64,000 nucleotides of DNA from Candidatus Omnitrophota bacterium (GTDB lineage: Bacteria > Omnitrophota > Gorgyraeia > 2-01-FULL-45-10). The notes beneath the pieces were generated by a model. It was not told the DNA's origin and ran no database searches. It saw only the letters and a program-made list of their open reading frames with translations. Position numbers and translations under genes: made by a program. The DNA is taken from contig JBAZKH010000001.1 of assembly GCA_041650935.1 (NCBI GenBank), forward strand, positions 283,337 through 347,336, read 5' to 3'. Positions 36,218-46,400 of the stretch are shown here, piece by piece (position 1 is the first letter of the stretch; each line of letters starts with the position of its first letter).

Positions 36218-38986
36218 ATGGAATATAAAAATACCTTAAATCTCCCGCGGACCGATTTTCCGATGAAGGCAGACCTGCCTAATCGCGAACCGGGTATGCT
36301 GGAGAATTGGCAGAAATCGAAACTATATACTAAGATACGGAAGAAGTCGAAGGGTAGTCCCAAATATATCCTCCATGACGGCCCGCCTTATGCGAACGGC
36401 AGTATTCATATGGGGCATGCGCTCAACAAGATCCTCAAGGATATAGTCATCCGGTATAAGACAATGAAGGGGTTCGACTCGCCGTATGTGCCCGGTTGGG
36501 ATTGTCACGGCCTGCCGGTTGAACATCAGCTCTTCAAGGAACTCAAGATAACCAAGCATGATGTCGACCAGGTTAAGTTCAGGAAACAGGCCTATGATTA
36601 TGCCATGAAGTATGTGGAGATACAGAAGAACGAATTCAGGCGCCTCGGTATACTTGGCGCCTGGGATAGCCCGTATTTGACCCTGATGAAGAGCTATGAA
36701 GCGGAGATCGTAAGATCTTTCGCCAGGCTGGTCGAGAAAGGATACATCTACAAGGACCTGAAACCCGTCAACTGGTGTTCGACGTGCGAGACCGCTCTCG
36801 CGGAGGCGGAGGTAGAGTACGAGGATAAAGTTTCCCCGTCCGTATATGTTAAGTTCGAATCGGTCTATAACGATTCACCCGTTCACTTCATAATATGGAC
36901 CACTACTCCATGGACGCTCCTGGCGAACGTGGCGATAGCGCTCCACCCTGATTTCGAATATGCGATCGTCGATATAAAAGGGCCTGTGTTCAAGGGTGAA
37001 AAGTTTATCATGGCCAAAGAGCTTGTCGGCCGCACTATGGAGAAAGCAGGGATAGCGGATTATAAAATATCGAAGACAGTTAAGGGGAGCGACCTGGAAA
37101 GACTGGCGGCGCAGCACCCGTTTATCGACAGGAAGTCGAAAGTGGTGCTTGCCGGATACGTGACGCTTGAAGAAGGAACGGGCTGTGTCCATACCGCGCC
37201 CGGACATGGCCAGGAGGATTATGTCACCGGCAAAAAGTACGGCCTTCCCACGGTAATGCCGGTCGATTCCCGCGGGCGGTTCGATAATACCGCCGGTGAA
37301 TTCAGCGGCATGGAGGTCAATAAGGCAAACCCGGCCATCATCGAGCGTCTCAAGGCTCTCGGTGCGCTGGTGGGCCGGGCGGATATTACGCACTCGTATC
37401 CGCACTGCTGGCGTTGTAAAAGGCCCATAATTTTCAGGGCGACGGATCAGTATTTCATGAAGATAGACCATAAACACTTGCGCAAGTCGATGCTTGAAGC
37501 GATCAAGTCGAAAGTGAAATGGATTCCTCCGGCAGGCGGATCGAGGATAAGCGCGATGGTCGAAAACAGGCCCGACTGGTGCCTGTCGCGGCAGAGGTAC
37601 TGGGGCGTTCCCATAATCGCGTTCTACTGTAAGAATTGCAGGGCGGTTCTCCTGGACGCCAAGGTGATAAATCACGTCGCTGCGCTCATCGAAAAAGAAG
37701 GCGCGGATGTATGGTTTGCCAAAGAGGAGGCGGCCCTTCTTCCCGCGGGAGCAAAATGCAAAAAATGCGGCTGCAAGGACTTTGTCAAAGAGACGGATAT
37801 TATCGATGTATGGTTCGACTCGGGCGTGAGCCACCAGGCGGTGTTGAAGAAAGATAAAGAGCTGGATTATCCATGCGAATTATACCTGGAAGGTTCCGAC
37901 CAGCACAGGGGATGGTTCCAGTCCGCGCTGATAACCGGCATGGCAATAGATGACGTGGTGCCGTACCGCAGCGTATTGACCCACGGTTTCGTCGTTGACG
38001 GTGAAGGAAAGAAGATGTCGAAGTCGCTCGGGAACGTGATAACGCCGCAGGAGGTCATGAAGAAATACGGTGCGGATATATTGAGGCTCTGGGCTGCCGC
38101 CAGCGACTATAGCGAAGACGTCAGGCTCTCTGATGAAATATTGACGCGTCTGGCGGATGCCTACAGGAAGATAAGAAATACATACAAATATCTTTTAAGT
38201 AATCTCTTCGATTTCGACCCGTTCAAAGATGCGGTTCCATACGGTGATATGCTTGAGATCGACAGGTGGATACTCTCCCGCTTCTCAGGTCTAGTGAAAG
38301 AGACGGCAGCCAATTATGATGCGTTTCAGTTCCATAAAGTCTACAGGGATGTATACGGTTTCTGCGTTTATGAAATTTCATCGGTATACCTTGATATTCT
38401 TAAAGACAGGATGTATACTTTCAAGGCCGATTCGCGCGAGAGGCGTTCAGGCCAAACCGCGATGTATGAGCTGTTGACGGGACTCCTGAAGATAATGGCC
38501 CCTATACTTGCCATGACGACCGATGAGGTCTGGGGATATCTTCGCAGGAAAGAGAAGACTGGTTCGATACACCTGGAATCATGGCCGCAGGAGGACCAGG
38601 GGCTGGTCGAGGATAGTCTTAATGAGAAATGGGCGCGGCTCGTTGCGGTGCGTGAAACCGTCCTGAAGAAACTTGAAGAGCGGCGGCAGGCGGGCGAGAT
38701 AGGTTCGAGTCTTGAGGCCAGGATAATACTGGCCGTAGAAGATAAGGATTATAAGAAATTATTGAAAGAGAACGCGGAGGTATTGCGGTATCTTTTTATA
38801 GTCTCCCAGGTAGAGATAAAAGAAACGGGCATGAATAAAGACGATATCGCAAAAGATATACCGATAGCGGTTTATATCGAGAAAGCTAAGGGCATGAAGT
38901 GCCAAAGGTGCTGGAACTATAGTGAAAAAGTCGGTTCGTACAAGGACCATCCGGCGCTTTGTGAAAGATGCGTAAAGGCGATTTAA
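36218..38986 (+). CDS. ileS: isoleucyl-tRNA synthetase
   Basis: HMGHALNKILKD, KMSKSLGN, C-terminal zinc finger CQRCWNY...CERC; 922 aa. Confidence 0.95.
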   Translation: MEYKNTLNLPRTDFPMKADLPNREPGMLENWQKSKLYTKIRKKSKGSPKYILHDGPPYANGSIHMGHALNKILKDIVIRYKTMKGFDSPYVPGWDCHGLPVEHQLFKELKITKHDVDQVKFRKQAYDYAMKYVEIQKNEFRRLGILGAWDSPYLTLMKSYEAEIVRSFARLVEKGYIYKDLKPVNWCSTCETALAEAEVEYEDKVSPSVYVKFESVYNDSPVHFIIWTTTPWTLLANVAIALHPDFEYAIVDIKGPVFKGEKFIMAKELVGRTMEKAGIADYKISKTVKGSDLERLAAQHPFIDRKSKVVLAGYVTLEEGTGCVHTAPGHGQEDYVTGKKYGLPTVMPVDSRGRFDNTAGEFSGMEVNKANPAIIERLKALGALVGRADITHSYPHCWRCKRPIIFRATDQYFMKIDHKHLRKSMLEAIKSKVKWIPPAGGSRISAMVENRPDWCLSRQRYWGVPIIAFYCKNCRAVLLDAKVINHVAALIEKEGADVWFAKEEAALLPAGAKCKKCGCKDFVKETDIIDVWFDSGVSHQAVLKKDKELDYPCELYLEGSDQHRGWFQSALITGMAIDDVVPYRSVLTHGFVVDGEGKKMSKSLGNVITPQEVMKKYGADILRLWAAASDYSEDVRLSDEILTRLADAYRKIRNTYKYLLSNLFDFDPFKDAVPYGDMLEIDRWILSRFSGLVKETAANYDAFQFHKVYRDVYGFCVYEISSVYLDILKDRMYTFKADSRERRSGQTAMYELLTGLLKIMAPILAMTTDEVWGYLRRKEKTGSIHLESWPQEDQGLVEDSLNEKWARLVAVRETVLKKLEERRQAGEIGSSLEARIILAVEDKDYKKLLKENAEVLRYLFIVSQVEIKETGMNKDDIAKDIPIAVYIEKAKGMKCQRCWNYSEKVGSYKDHPALCERCVKAI

Positions 38987-39002
38987 AAACAGGCAATCCA
39001 TT

Positions 39003-39033
39003 TCCCGCCAATAGAAAGCAGAGGGCGGGTTTG
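39003..39033 (+). terminator. weak hairpin (TCCCGCC / GGCGGG) + TTTGT after ileS
   Basis: 6-bp GC stem, 14-nt loop, short T tract; abuts the next gene's ATG. Confidence 0.3.
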
Positions 39034-39034
39034 T

Positions 39035-39535
39035 ATGCAGTTAAACAATAACAAATCGGAGCAGCTAAAAATGGCGAAGGCTAAAAAGAGTAAAAAGATA
39101 AAGAAAGTCGTATGCGCCCCAAAAAAGAAAGCCCGCGCAGAGAAGAAGCCGAATGTCAAAAAATTACCCAAATCTGTCCTGAAGAAATATATGGAGCTGC
39201 TGCTTAAAGAGAGGGAAAGGGCCGGGGGCGGGCTTTCTCATATCGCCGAGACGACATTGAACAGGTCCCAGCGGGACGCTTCCGGGGATCTTTCCGGATA
39301 TTCGTATCACATGGCGGATATGGCAAGCGATGACTATGAGAGAGAGTTTTCGCTTGGCCGTGCGACGGACGAACAGGAAATACTCTATCTTATCGATGAG
39401 GCGATAAAGAGGGTGGAGTATGGTACGTACGGCTATTGCCAGCAGTGTAATAAGCTTATATCCGCGAAACGACTTAAGGCCTTGCCCTATTCCGAATTAT
39501 GCATAGAGTGTCAGAAGGCCAATGAGGGAAAATGA
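39035..39535 (+). CDS. DksA/TraR-family C4 zinc-finger protein with lysine-rich N-terminal extension
   Basis: C-terminal CQQCNKLI...CIECQ zinc finger; N-terminus KAKKSKKIKK...KKKARAEKKPNVKK. Confidence 0.7.
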   Translation: MQLNNNKSEQLKMAKAKKSKKIKKVVCAPKKKARAEKKPNVKKLPKSVLKKYMELLLKERERAGGGLSHIAETTLNRSQRDASGDLSGYSYHMADMASDDYEREFSLGRATDEQEILYLIDEAIKRVEYGTYGYCQQCNKLISAKRLKALPYSELCIECQKANEGK

Positions 39536-39981
39536 CAGTTTTGGCGGCACTAGTTGTCTTTGCGCTCGACCGGCTGGTAAAGATAGTAGTTATGAACAAT
39601 ATGACCTGCGGCCAGTCGATAGAGGTCCTGCCCAAAATTTTCCATATCACACTTATCTTTAATACAGGTACGGCATTCGGCCTCTTCCAGAGGGCTAACT
39701 TACTCCTGGTTTTTCTTTCTATTGCGGCGATAACGGTTATCCTTATTTATATTGCGGCACACAAGTATCTCCGGCCCGGTCTGGCAATAGCTCTTGGCCT
39801 GCTCCTGGGCGGAGCCCTTGGCAATCTCTTCGACAGGATTAAATTCGGCAATGTCATAGATTTTTTGGATTTTCGTATATGGCCGGTCTTCAATATCGCA
39901 GATTCGGCGCTTACGATAGGAATGATCATATTGGGCTGGCATACCCTGGTCCAGGGTTCTAAGCGCAAAACGCAAAACTAA
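39532..39981 (+). CDS. lspA: lipoprotein signal peptidase II
   Basis: FNIADSALTIG motif, 4 TM. Confidence 0.88.
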   Translation: MTVLAALVVFALDRLVKIVVMNNMTCGQSIEVLPKIFHITLIFNTGTAFGLFQRANLLLVFLSIAAITVILIYIAAHKYLRPGLAIALGLLLGGALGNLFDRIKFGNVIDFLDFRIWPVFNIADSALTIGMIILGWHTLVQGSKRKTQN

Positions 39982-39988
39982 TTTTACT

Positions 39989-40756
39989 ATGTACCCTATT
40001 TTTTTAAAATTCGGCGTTGTTACCGTATATTCATACGGCGTAATGGTAGCTATCGGTTTTGCGTTGGCTGCAGCGCTTATCTACCGCCGCGCGGAACGGT
40101 TCGGGATCGACAAGGATAAGGCCGTTGACCTGGCTATAATAATACTTATTTCCGGCATATTGGGCGCGCGGGGCCTGTACGTCCTGCTGAACCTGCCCTT
40201 CTACCTTGCAAATCCTGTCGAGATAGTGATGCTGTCAAAAGGCGGGCTAGTCTGGTACGGTGGTTTTATACTCTCTTTGGCGGCGGTAATAATATATATC
40301 CGTATGAATTCGTTGGACATATGGGCGGTCGTCGATCTTATTGCGCCTTACGCAGCGTTGGCTCAAAGCTTCGGCAGGATAGGGTGTTTTCTGAACGGCT
40401 GCTGCTATGGCATAAAAATGAATGCCTGCGCGCCGCTGGCCGTTACTTTTCCGTCCGGCGCGGATCCCCGCCTTCCGGTCCAGCTGATATCCGCCGGGCT
40501 CCTTTTCCTGATATTCCTTATACTACTGGTCCGGCAGGCGCATCGCCGCTTTGGCGGAGAGATATTCTTTTCCTATTGTATGTTATATTCGCTTAAAAGA
40601 TTCGCCATGGAGTTTTTACGCGGAGATAATCCGCGAGTCTTCTTAGGCCTTACGATGTCACAGCTTATAAGCGTGCTCGTCTTTATCGCGGCATTAATAT
40701 TATTTTTACATAAGGCGCGCCTATGGAAAAAGAGTCTTACCATTTCGAAGTCGTAA
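39989..40756 (+). CDS. lgt: prolipoprotein diacylglyceryl transferase
   Basis: GRIGCFLNGCCYG signature. Confidence 0.9.
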   Translation: MYPIFLKFGVVTVYSYGVMVAIGFALAAALIYRRAERFGIDKDKAVDLAIIILISGILGARGLYVLLNLPFYLANPVEIVMLSKGGLVWYGGFILSLAAVIIYIRMNSLDIWAVVDLIAPYAALAQSFGRIGCFLNGCCYGIKMNACAPLAVTFPSGADPRLPVQLISAGLLFLIFLILLVRQAHRRFGGEIFFSYCMLYSLKRFAMEFLRGDNPRVFLGLTMSQLISVLVFIAALILFLHKARLWKKSLTISKS

Positions 40757-41640
40757 CGGAAGACAAGGGAAAACGTCTCGACAAATTCCTCGTCGAAAAT
40801 ATGCCCAGGTCATTCTCCCGTGCGTTTATCCAAAAACTCATAGAGGACGGCTGCATACTGGTCTGCGGCTCCCGCGCTAAGCGCAACCACAAGGTGTTGC
40901 CCGGCGAATCGATCGGCGTATCTGTGCCCGAGCCGGTGAAGACGGAAATAAAACCGGAGCGGATCCGGCTGAAGATACTTTACGAAGACGACGACCTGCT
41001 CGTCGTTAATAAGCCATCCGGTATGGTCGTCCATCCTGCGCCCGGCGCTTCGTCCGGGACGCTCGTAAATGCCCTGCTGTGGCACTGTAAAAACTTGTCC
41101 GGTATCGGCGGCGTCCTGAAGCCGGGCATAGTTCACAGGATCGATAAGGATGTCTCGGGTCTTTTGGTGGTTGCGAAGACGGATCTGGCTCATCACTGCC
41201 TGGCCCGGCAGTTTAAAGAGCATACGGCGTCGAGAGTCTATTGGGCGGTCGTTAAAGGTGTGGTCCAACTCGACAACGGTATCGTAGATATGCCCATCGG
41301 AAGGTCCTTGCGCGACAGGAAGAAGATGGCGGTCATCTTCGAACGCTCAAGGCAGGCGCTTACAAGATATAAAGTCCTGGAGCGGTTCAGGGACGCTACC
41401 CTGCTGGAGATAACTCTTGGCACGGGCAGGACCCATCAGATAAGGGTGCATCTTTCGTATATAGGTTACCCGATCCTGGGTGATATCAAATACGGCTCAA
41501 ATATGCAGGGACTTAAAAGGCCGGCCCTCCATGCGAAGAGGCTCAGTTTTATGCATCCTGTTACGAAAAAAGATATACGGTTCGAAACGGAACTCCCCGT
41601 TGAAATAAAGGAATTAATAGAAAAACTTAGGGACTCCTGA
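40723..41640 (+). CDS. rluD: 23S rRNA pseudouridine synthase, RluA/RluD family
   Basis: S4 domain N-terminus, HRIDKDVSGLLVVAKT catalytic motif. Confidence 0.85.
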   Translation: MEKESYHFEVVTEDKGKRLDKFLVENMPRSFSRAFIQKLIEDGCILVCGSRAKRNHKVLPGESIGVSVPEPVKTEIKPERIRLKILYEDDDLLVVNKPSGMVVHPAPGASSGTLVNALLWHCKNLSGIGGVLKPGIVHRIDKDVSGLLVVAKTDLAHHCLARQFKEHTASRVYWAVVKGVVQLDNGIVDMPIGRSLRDRKKMAVIFERSRQALTRYKVLERFRDATLLEITLGTGRTHQIRVHLSYIGYPILGDIKYGSNMQGLKRPALHAKRLSFMHPVTKKDIRFETELPVEIKELIEKLRDS

Positions 41641-41654
41641 TAGAATAAATTATA

Positions 41655-42929
41655 ATGAAAAAATTGACGATAACACCCGTTCGTAAACTCACCGGAAAAC
41701 TTGTCATGCCGGGCGATAAATCTATTTCGCACCGTGCGATAATGATAGGCGCTATCTCCAGGGGCAGGACCATAGCCAAAGATTTGCTCGATTGCGATGA
41801 CTGTAACTACACTATACGCGCCTTTGGCGAAATGGGCATAAAGATAAAAAAAGACGGTGCTTATACGGCTATAGACGGCAATGGGTTGCGCGGTCTCGCA
41901 AAGCCCGAACACGCTTTAAATGTCGGGAATTCCGGAACGACGATGAGGCTTCTGGCCGGAATACTTGCGGGACAGAATTTTACTTCTGTGCTTGAAGGGG
42001 ATGCGTCTCTTTCGGCCAGGCCCATGAAACGGATTACGGAGCCGTTATCGATGATGGGCGTGGGAATAAGATCAAAAGACGGCTATCCGCCGCTTGAAGT
42101 GAAAGGCGGCAATGTGAAAGCCGTCCATTACAGGATGCCGATCGCGAGCGCGCAGATAAAATCAGCGATACTATTTGCGGGGCTTTATGCTGACGGTGTT
42201 ACCGTGGTAGAGGAAACCGCAGGATCGCGCGACCATACGGAGAGGATGCTTAAGTATTTCGGCGCGCGCATAAAGTCGGAAGGGTTCAAGTCCTCCGTTG
42301 AGGGCGGGCAGGAGCTCGAGGCGAAGAGCGTGGCGGTGCCCGGCGATATCTCCAGCGCCAGCTTCTTTGCCGCGGGGGCTGTTTTGCTTGCGGGTTCGCG
42401 GGTATGTATCGAAGGCGTGTGTATTAATCCCACAAGAGCCGGGGTGCTGGATGTGCTTACCAGGATGGGGGCGAGGATAAGAGTTGTTAATAAGAAGGAC
42501 CTCTTTGAGCCGGTAGGCGACATAGAAGTCGAGTCGGGAGCTATCCGCGGCGTAACGATAGAAGCCCCGGAGATACCGGCTATTATAGATGAGCTTCCGG
42601 TAATATTTGTGCTGGCGAGCCTGGCGAGCGGCAGGACCGTTATAAAGGGCGCCGGTGAACTGAAGGTAAAGGAGACCGATAGGATACGGTCGATGAAAGA
42701 GAATCTCGAGGCTATGGGCGCCAAAATCAGCGTTTCGGAAGGCGCGATAATGATCGAAGGCGTGAATTCTCTTCAAGGAGCCGGCATAAAGACTTATGGA
42801 GATCACAGGACCTGTATGGCGATGGCTATCGCAGCGCTCGGCGCGAAAGGGCAAAGCGTGATAGACGATGCCGGGTGCGTCAGTAAATCGCTGCCGGGAT
42901 TTTTCGGGATGCTGGAGAAACTAAAGTGA
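41655..42929 (+). CDS. aroA: 3-phosphoshikimate 1-carboxyvinyltransferase (EPSP synthase)
   Basis: KSISHRA, LGNSGTTMRLL motifs. Confidence 0.92.
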   Translation: MKKLTITPVRKLTGKLVMPGDKSISHRAIMIGAISRGRTIAKDLLDCDDCNYTIRAFGEMGIKIKKDGAYTAIDGNGLRGLAKPEHALNVGNSGTTMRLLAGILAGQNFTSVLEGDASLSARPMKRITEPLSMMGVGIRSKDGYPPLEVKGGNVKAVHYRMPIASAQIKSAILFAGLYADGVTVVEETAGSRDHTERMLKYFGARIKSEGFKSSVEGGQELEAKSVAVPGDISSASFFAAGAVLLAGSRVCIEGVCINPTRAGVLDVLTRMGARIRVVNKKDLFEPVGDIEVESGAIRGVTIEAPEIPAIIDELPVIFVLASLASGRTVIKGAGELKVKETDRIRSMKENLEAMGAKISVSEGAIMIEGVNSLQGAGIKTYGDHRTCMAMAIAALGAKGQSVIDDAGCVSKSLPGFFGMLEKLK

Positions 42930-43477
42930 TTATCCTAAAGACGGTAAAATATATCTTCGCCATCTGTTTATGCATTGTGGTATTTACCGGCGATTGCCGC
43001 GCCGGAGGCGCAAAACTCCACAGGTTTGACGATCTGAAATTTTCGATGGAATGCCCCGCCGATCACGAACTGCAAAAGTCGGAGAATACGGTTTCCGTAG
43101 TGCTGTCCCGCCCCGGCGATAAACAATATTTCAGGCCCAATATCATGTTTAGCTCTACCCCCAACACAAATCCGCCCATCGATTTAAACGCATTTTTTAA
43201 TCTTGTGCTGCAGAATTTTTTAAAAGATGCCAACTTCAGCATAGCGCTGGTCGAAAGGGCCAAGCTGGGCGGTAAGGACTCTTACAAGCTCCTGTATACC
43301 CGGAAAGCGGCCCTCAAGGACAAACATGATAAGGTGATATCCACGAAAGTGCTCCAGGTTTACATAATCGAGCCGTCTCGCATATACGTTATGAATTATT
43401 CGGCCGCAGAAGGCGACTTCGATGGTTATCTGGCCGCTGCCGATGAAATATTCAGGACTTTCAAGGTGCTGTCATGA
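42926..43477 (+). CDS. hypothetical secreted protein/lipoprotein (183 aa)
   Basis: Signal peptide with Cys in lipobox-like context (VFTGDC); overlaps aroA stop and next gene start. Confidence 0.5.
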   Translation: MIILKTVKYIFAICLCIVVFTGDCRAGGAKLHRFDDLKFSMECPADHELQKSENTVSVVLSRPGDKQYFRPNIMFSSTPNTNPPIDLNAFFNLVLQNFLKDANFSIALVERAKLGGKDSYKLLYTRKAALKDKHDKVISTKVLQVYIIEPSRIYVMNYSAAEGDFDGYLAAADEIFRTFKVLS

Positions 43478-46400
43478 GTGAACAACCGGCGCCCAAAAAA
43501 ACAGATATTGCCTATATCGACGAATTGACCGGCGTCTACAACAGGCGGTTCCTGACTAAATTCCTGGCGGAGGGGTTCGGTAAGTTTAAACGACTCGCCG
43601 TCTGTATGATGGATATAGACAGTTTTAAAAAGATAAACGACGCATATGGCCATCTCGAGGGCGATGCCCTCCTGGTCTCTTTCTGCGGGGTTCTTAAAGA
43701 GACCGTGGCTGATAACGGGTTTATTATTCGTTACGGCGGAGATGAGTTTTCCATAATCCTGCCGGAAAAGAACGAGAAAGAGACTGCAGTCCTGGCGGAA
43801 AAGATATTGAATGACATAGCGGCCAGGCCGCTCAAAGGAAGGGACGAGGCGAAGAGCCATGTTGTTACGGCCAGCATGGGGATAGCCATATACCCGGACG
43901 ATGCCGGCAAACCGGCAGACCTGTTTGATAAGGCCGATGAGGCGCTCTACTCTTCAAAACGGATGGGCAAGAACAGGATCAGCACTTCCCGTCAGGTGGA
44001 CGAAGAGACGATAGTGCTGAATAAAGCCATGAAAGCCCTCGCCCTGCCGGTCTTTGTGGGCAGAAAGGACGAACTCGCATCATTAAAAGCCGTCTTCGAT
44101 GCCTCTGGTAAGGATACGGACCGCGCCGCGGTTGTTTTTGGCGGGAGAGGCAGCGGTAAGTCGAGATTTCTGGATGAATTTATATTAAATACGGCTGACC
44201 GTCGGACAGTGATAGTCAGATTGAATCTTAAGGAGCTTGATTCGATCAAGCCTTACGGCGCAGTCACGGACAGCATTATCGATTATTTGAAAAATGCGAC
44301 CAAAGAGCGGCAAACGGAGATTTTGAAGAATGTAAGAACTGAATCGATCGCAGAACTTACGAATTTTGCTTATGAGTTCGGCACGTTCTTTTCCGCGAAG
44401 AAAGGCGAGCCGCCCGAGGTAAGCGATATGGAACGGCGGCGTAATTTATTTAGAGGACTCTCGGCTATTTTTAAAGGGATGGCCGGTGACGGCGCGCTGG
44501 TCCTGGGCCTCGATAATATGCATTGGATCGACCTGGCAAGCCTTGGCCTGATAGAGTATCTTCTGAAGGATAAAAAGACCAGGTTCTTTTTATGCGCTAC
44601 CGCGTTGGACGGCGCGCGGCCCCGGACCAATATCCGGCTGCGTGAATTTCGTCTTGGTCCCCTGGCAAAAGACGATGTTAAGAATATCATTTCCGATACC
44701 TTCGAAAATATACAGATAAACCCGGCTCTCCTCGACATATTCTACAGGAAGACCGCCGGAAACCCTCTTTTCGTTATCGAGGCGCTCAAACTGCTTATAG
44801 ATAAGAAAAAGGCCTTCTTCAGGAATGGGGAATGGATCCTTATGGCCAGGAGAGAGACGGATATACCCGCATCTGTCGAGGATATCGAAAAGGACCGGCT
44901 TGAGATGTTTGATAAAGACGAGAGGAGCATTATGACGGATGCGGCATTTCTGGGAGATCGGTTCAACCTGGATATGCTCAAGAAGATATCGCAGAAGAAG
45001 GATGGGTATATACTCGATGCCGTCAATAACGCCAGGAGACTCGATATGATAAGGCCGGAAGACTTTTCCGGCGCGGCCGGTTTTGGATTTACGAATAGTG
45101 AAATAAGAGCCATTTTTTGCGGGTTGGCCACGGCGTTAAAGGCAAAAGAGATACAAAAAAAGATAGCCGTTACTCTGGAAGATTACGATAAAGCAGGAGG
45201 GCGTGTCTCGCCTGCCGAACTGGTTATGCGTTATAGGCTGGCAGGTGAAGAGGCCAGGGCCCAGGGCTATGTAGAAAAGATGTCCGCGCTGACAAGCCGC
45301 GTCTTCTCTCCCGAAGAGATGAGCGCCTATATCGAGAGCCTGCCGGTCGATACGGAGATGGCATCGGTCGAGGAGATGCTCGAGAGGCCGCTTAATGACG
45401 AGAGTAAATCGATGGTGTCGGATATCCTGGTCGCGCTGCGCGGCGCTATCGAAACGTCGCTTCTTTATCCTGCTAATAACGAAGCCAGGCTCGAGCATAA
45501 AAAAGAGGCATTCCGCCAATTGTCCAGGATCCTCCGGCACGAAAGGAGTTTTACGCTCAGCCAGGCGGATAACCAGTTATTGGTAAACGGTGAAGAGCTT
45601 TCGGATAAGAGGTTGAGAAATACGATTGGCCTGGCTTACGTGAAGATGCTCTCGAATCACAGGATAAGCAGTATTACTATTAAGCAGGGGCTGAGCGAAC
45701 AGGACCTGGGATTTTTTCTGGAGGCTATTACCCAGAAGGAGGGCGATCTGGTTAAGGCGGGCGGATTCTCGAAGCTATTTGCGGAGAATAACGTCTTGTC
45801 CATCAAAATAGACGAGGTGCGGTATGAGAAGGCCCATAAGACTGCCGGATTTTTTAAATACGCTACTTTACAGGAATTCCTAAGCGGTACAACCCAAACT
45901 ACTTTGCCCAGACCTGGGTCTAAGGATGAACTGAAGGAGATTGTAGAAGAGCTTTATGGAATGGCTGAGAGGGCGGCAGGCGGCGCTTCCGGACCGGATA
46001 AAAAAGCGGCGGTTGTTTTAGACTCTCTCCAGCGTATAGGGTGGCCGGTTGCTGAGATGAGGTCGGAGCTGGAAGAGGTACTGGAAGCTAAGGGCCTGCC
46101 AAAAGCGGAGATTGCAAAGTTGCTGGGGGATGCGCTCCGCAGCGGATTGGCCAGGATTTCCAATGTAGGCGATTTCGTTAAAAATACGATCGGTATCGAA
46201 GTCGGAAAAGATGTCCCGCTCGACTTCAGATCTGTTACAAGAGATCTTCTGGAAAGAGACAAAGAGAATACCGTCTTCAGGTTGACGGAAGCCCTGTTGG
46301 ATGAGGCCGCCTGGGCCGATAAAGACAAGGTTCAGCTTGTGCTAAAGCATGTGGCGGAGATAATCGATATTATCTTGCTTGAGGAAAAATACAATCTCCT

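Noticed and set aside
36875-37834. 319-aa minus-strand ORF inside ileS
   Set aside because: It lies entirely within isoleucyl-tRNA synthetase coding sequence on the opposite strand and has no motifs.
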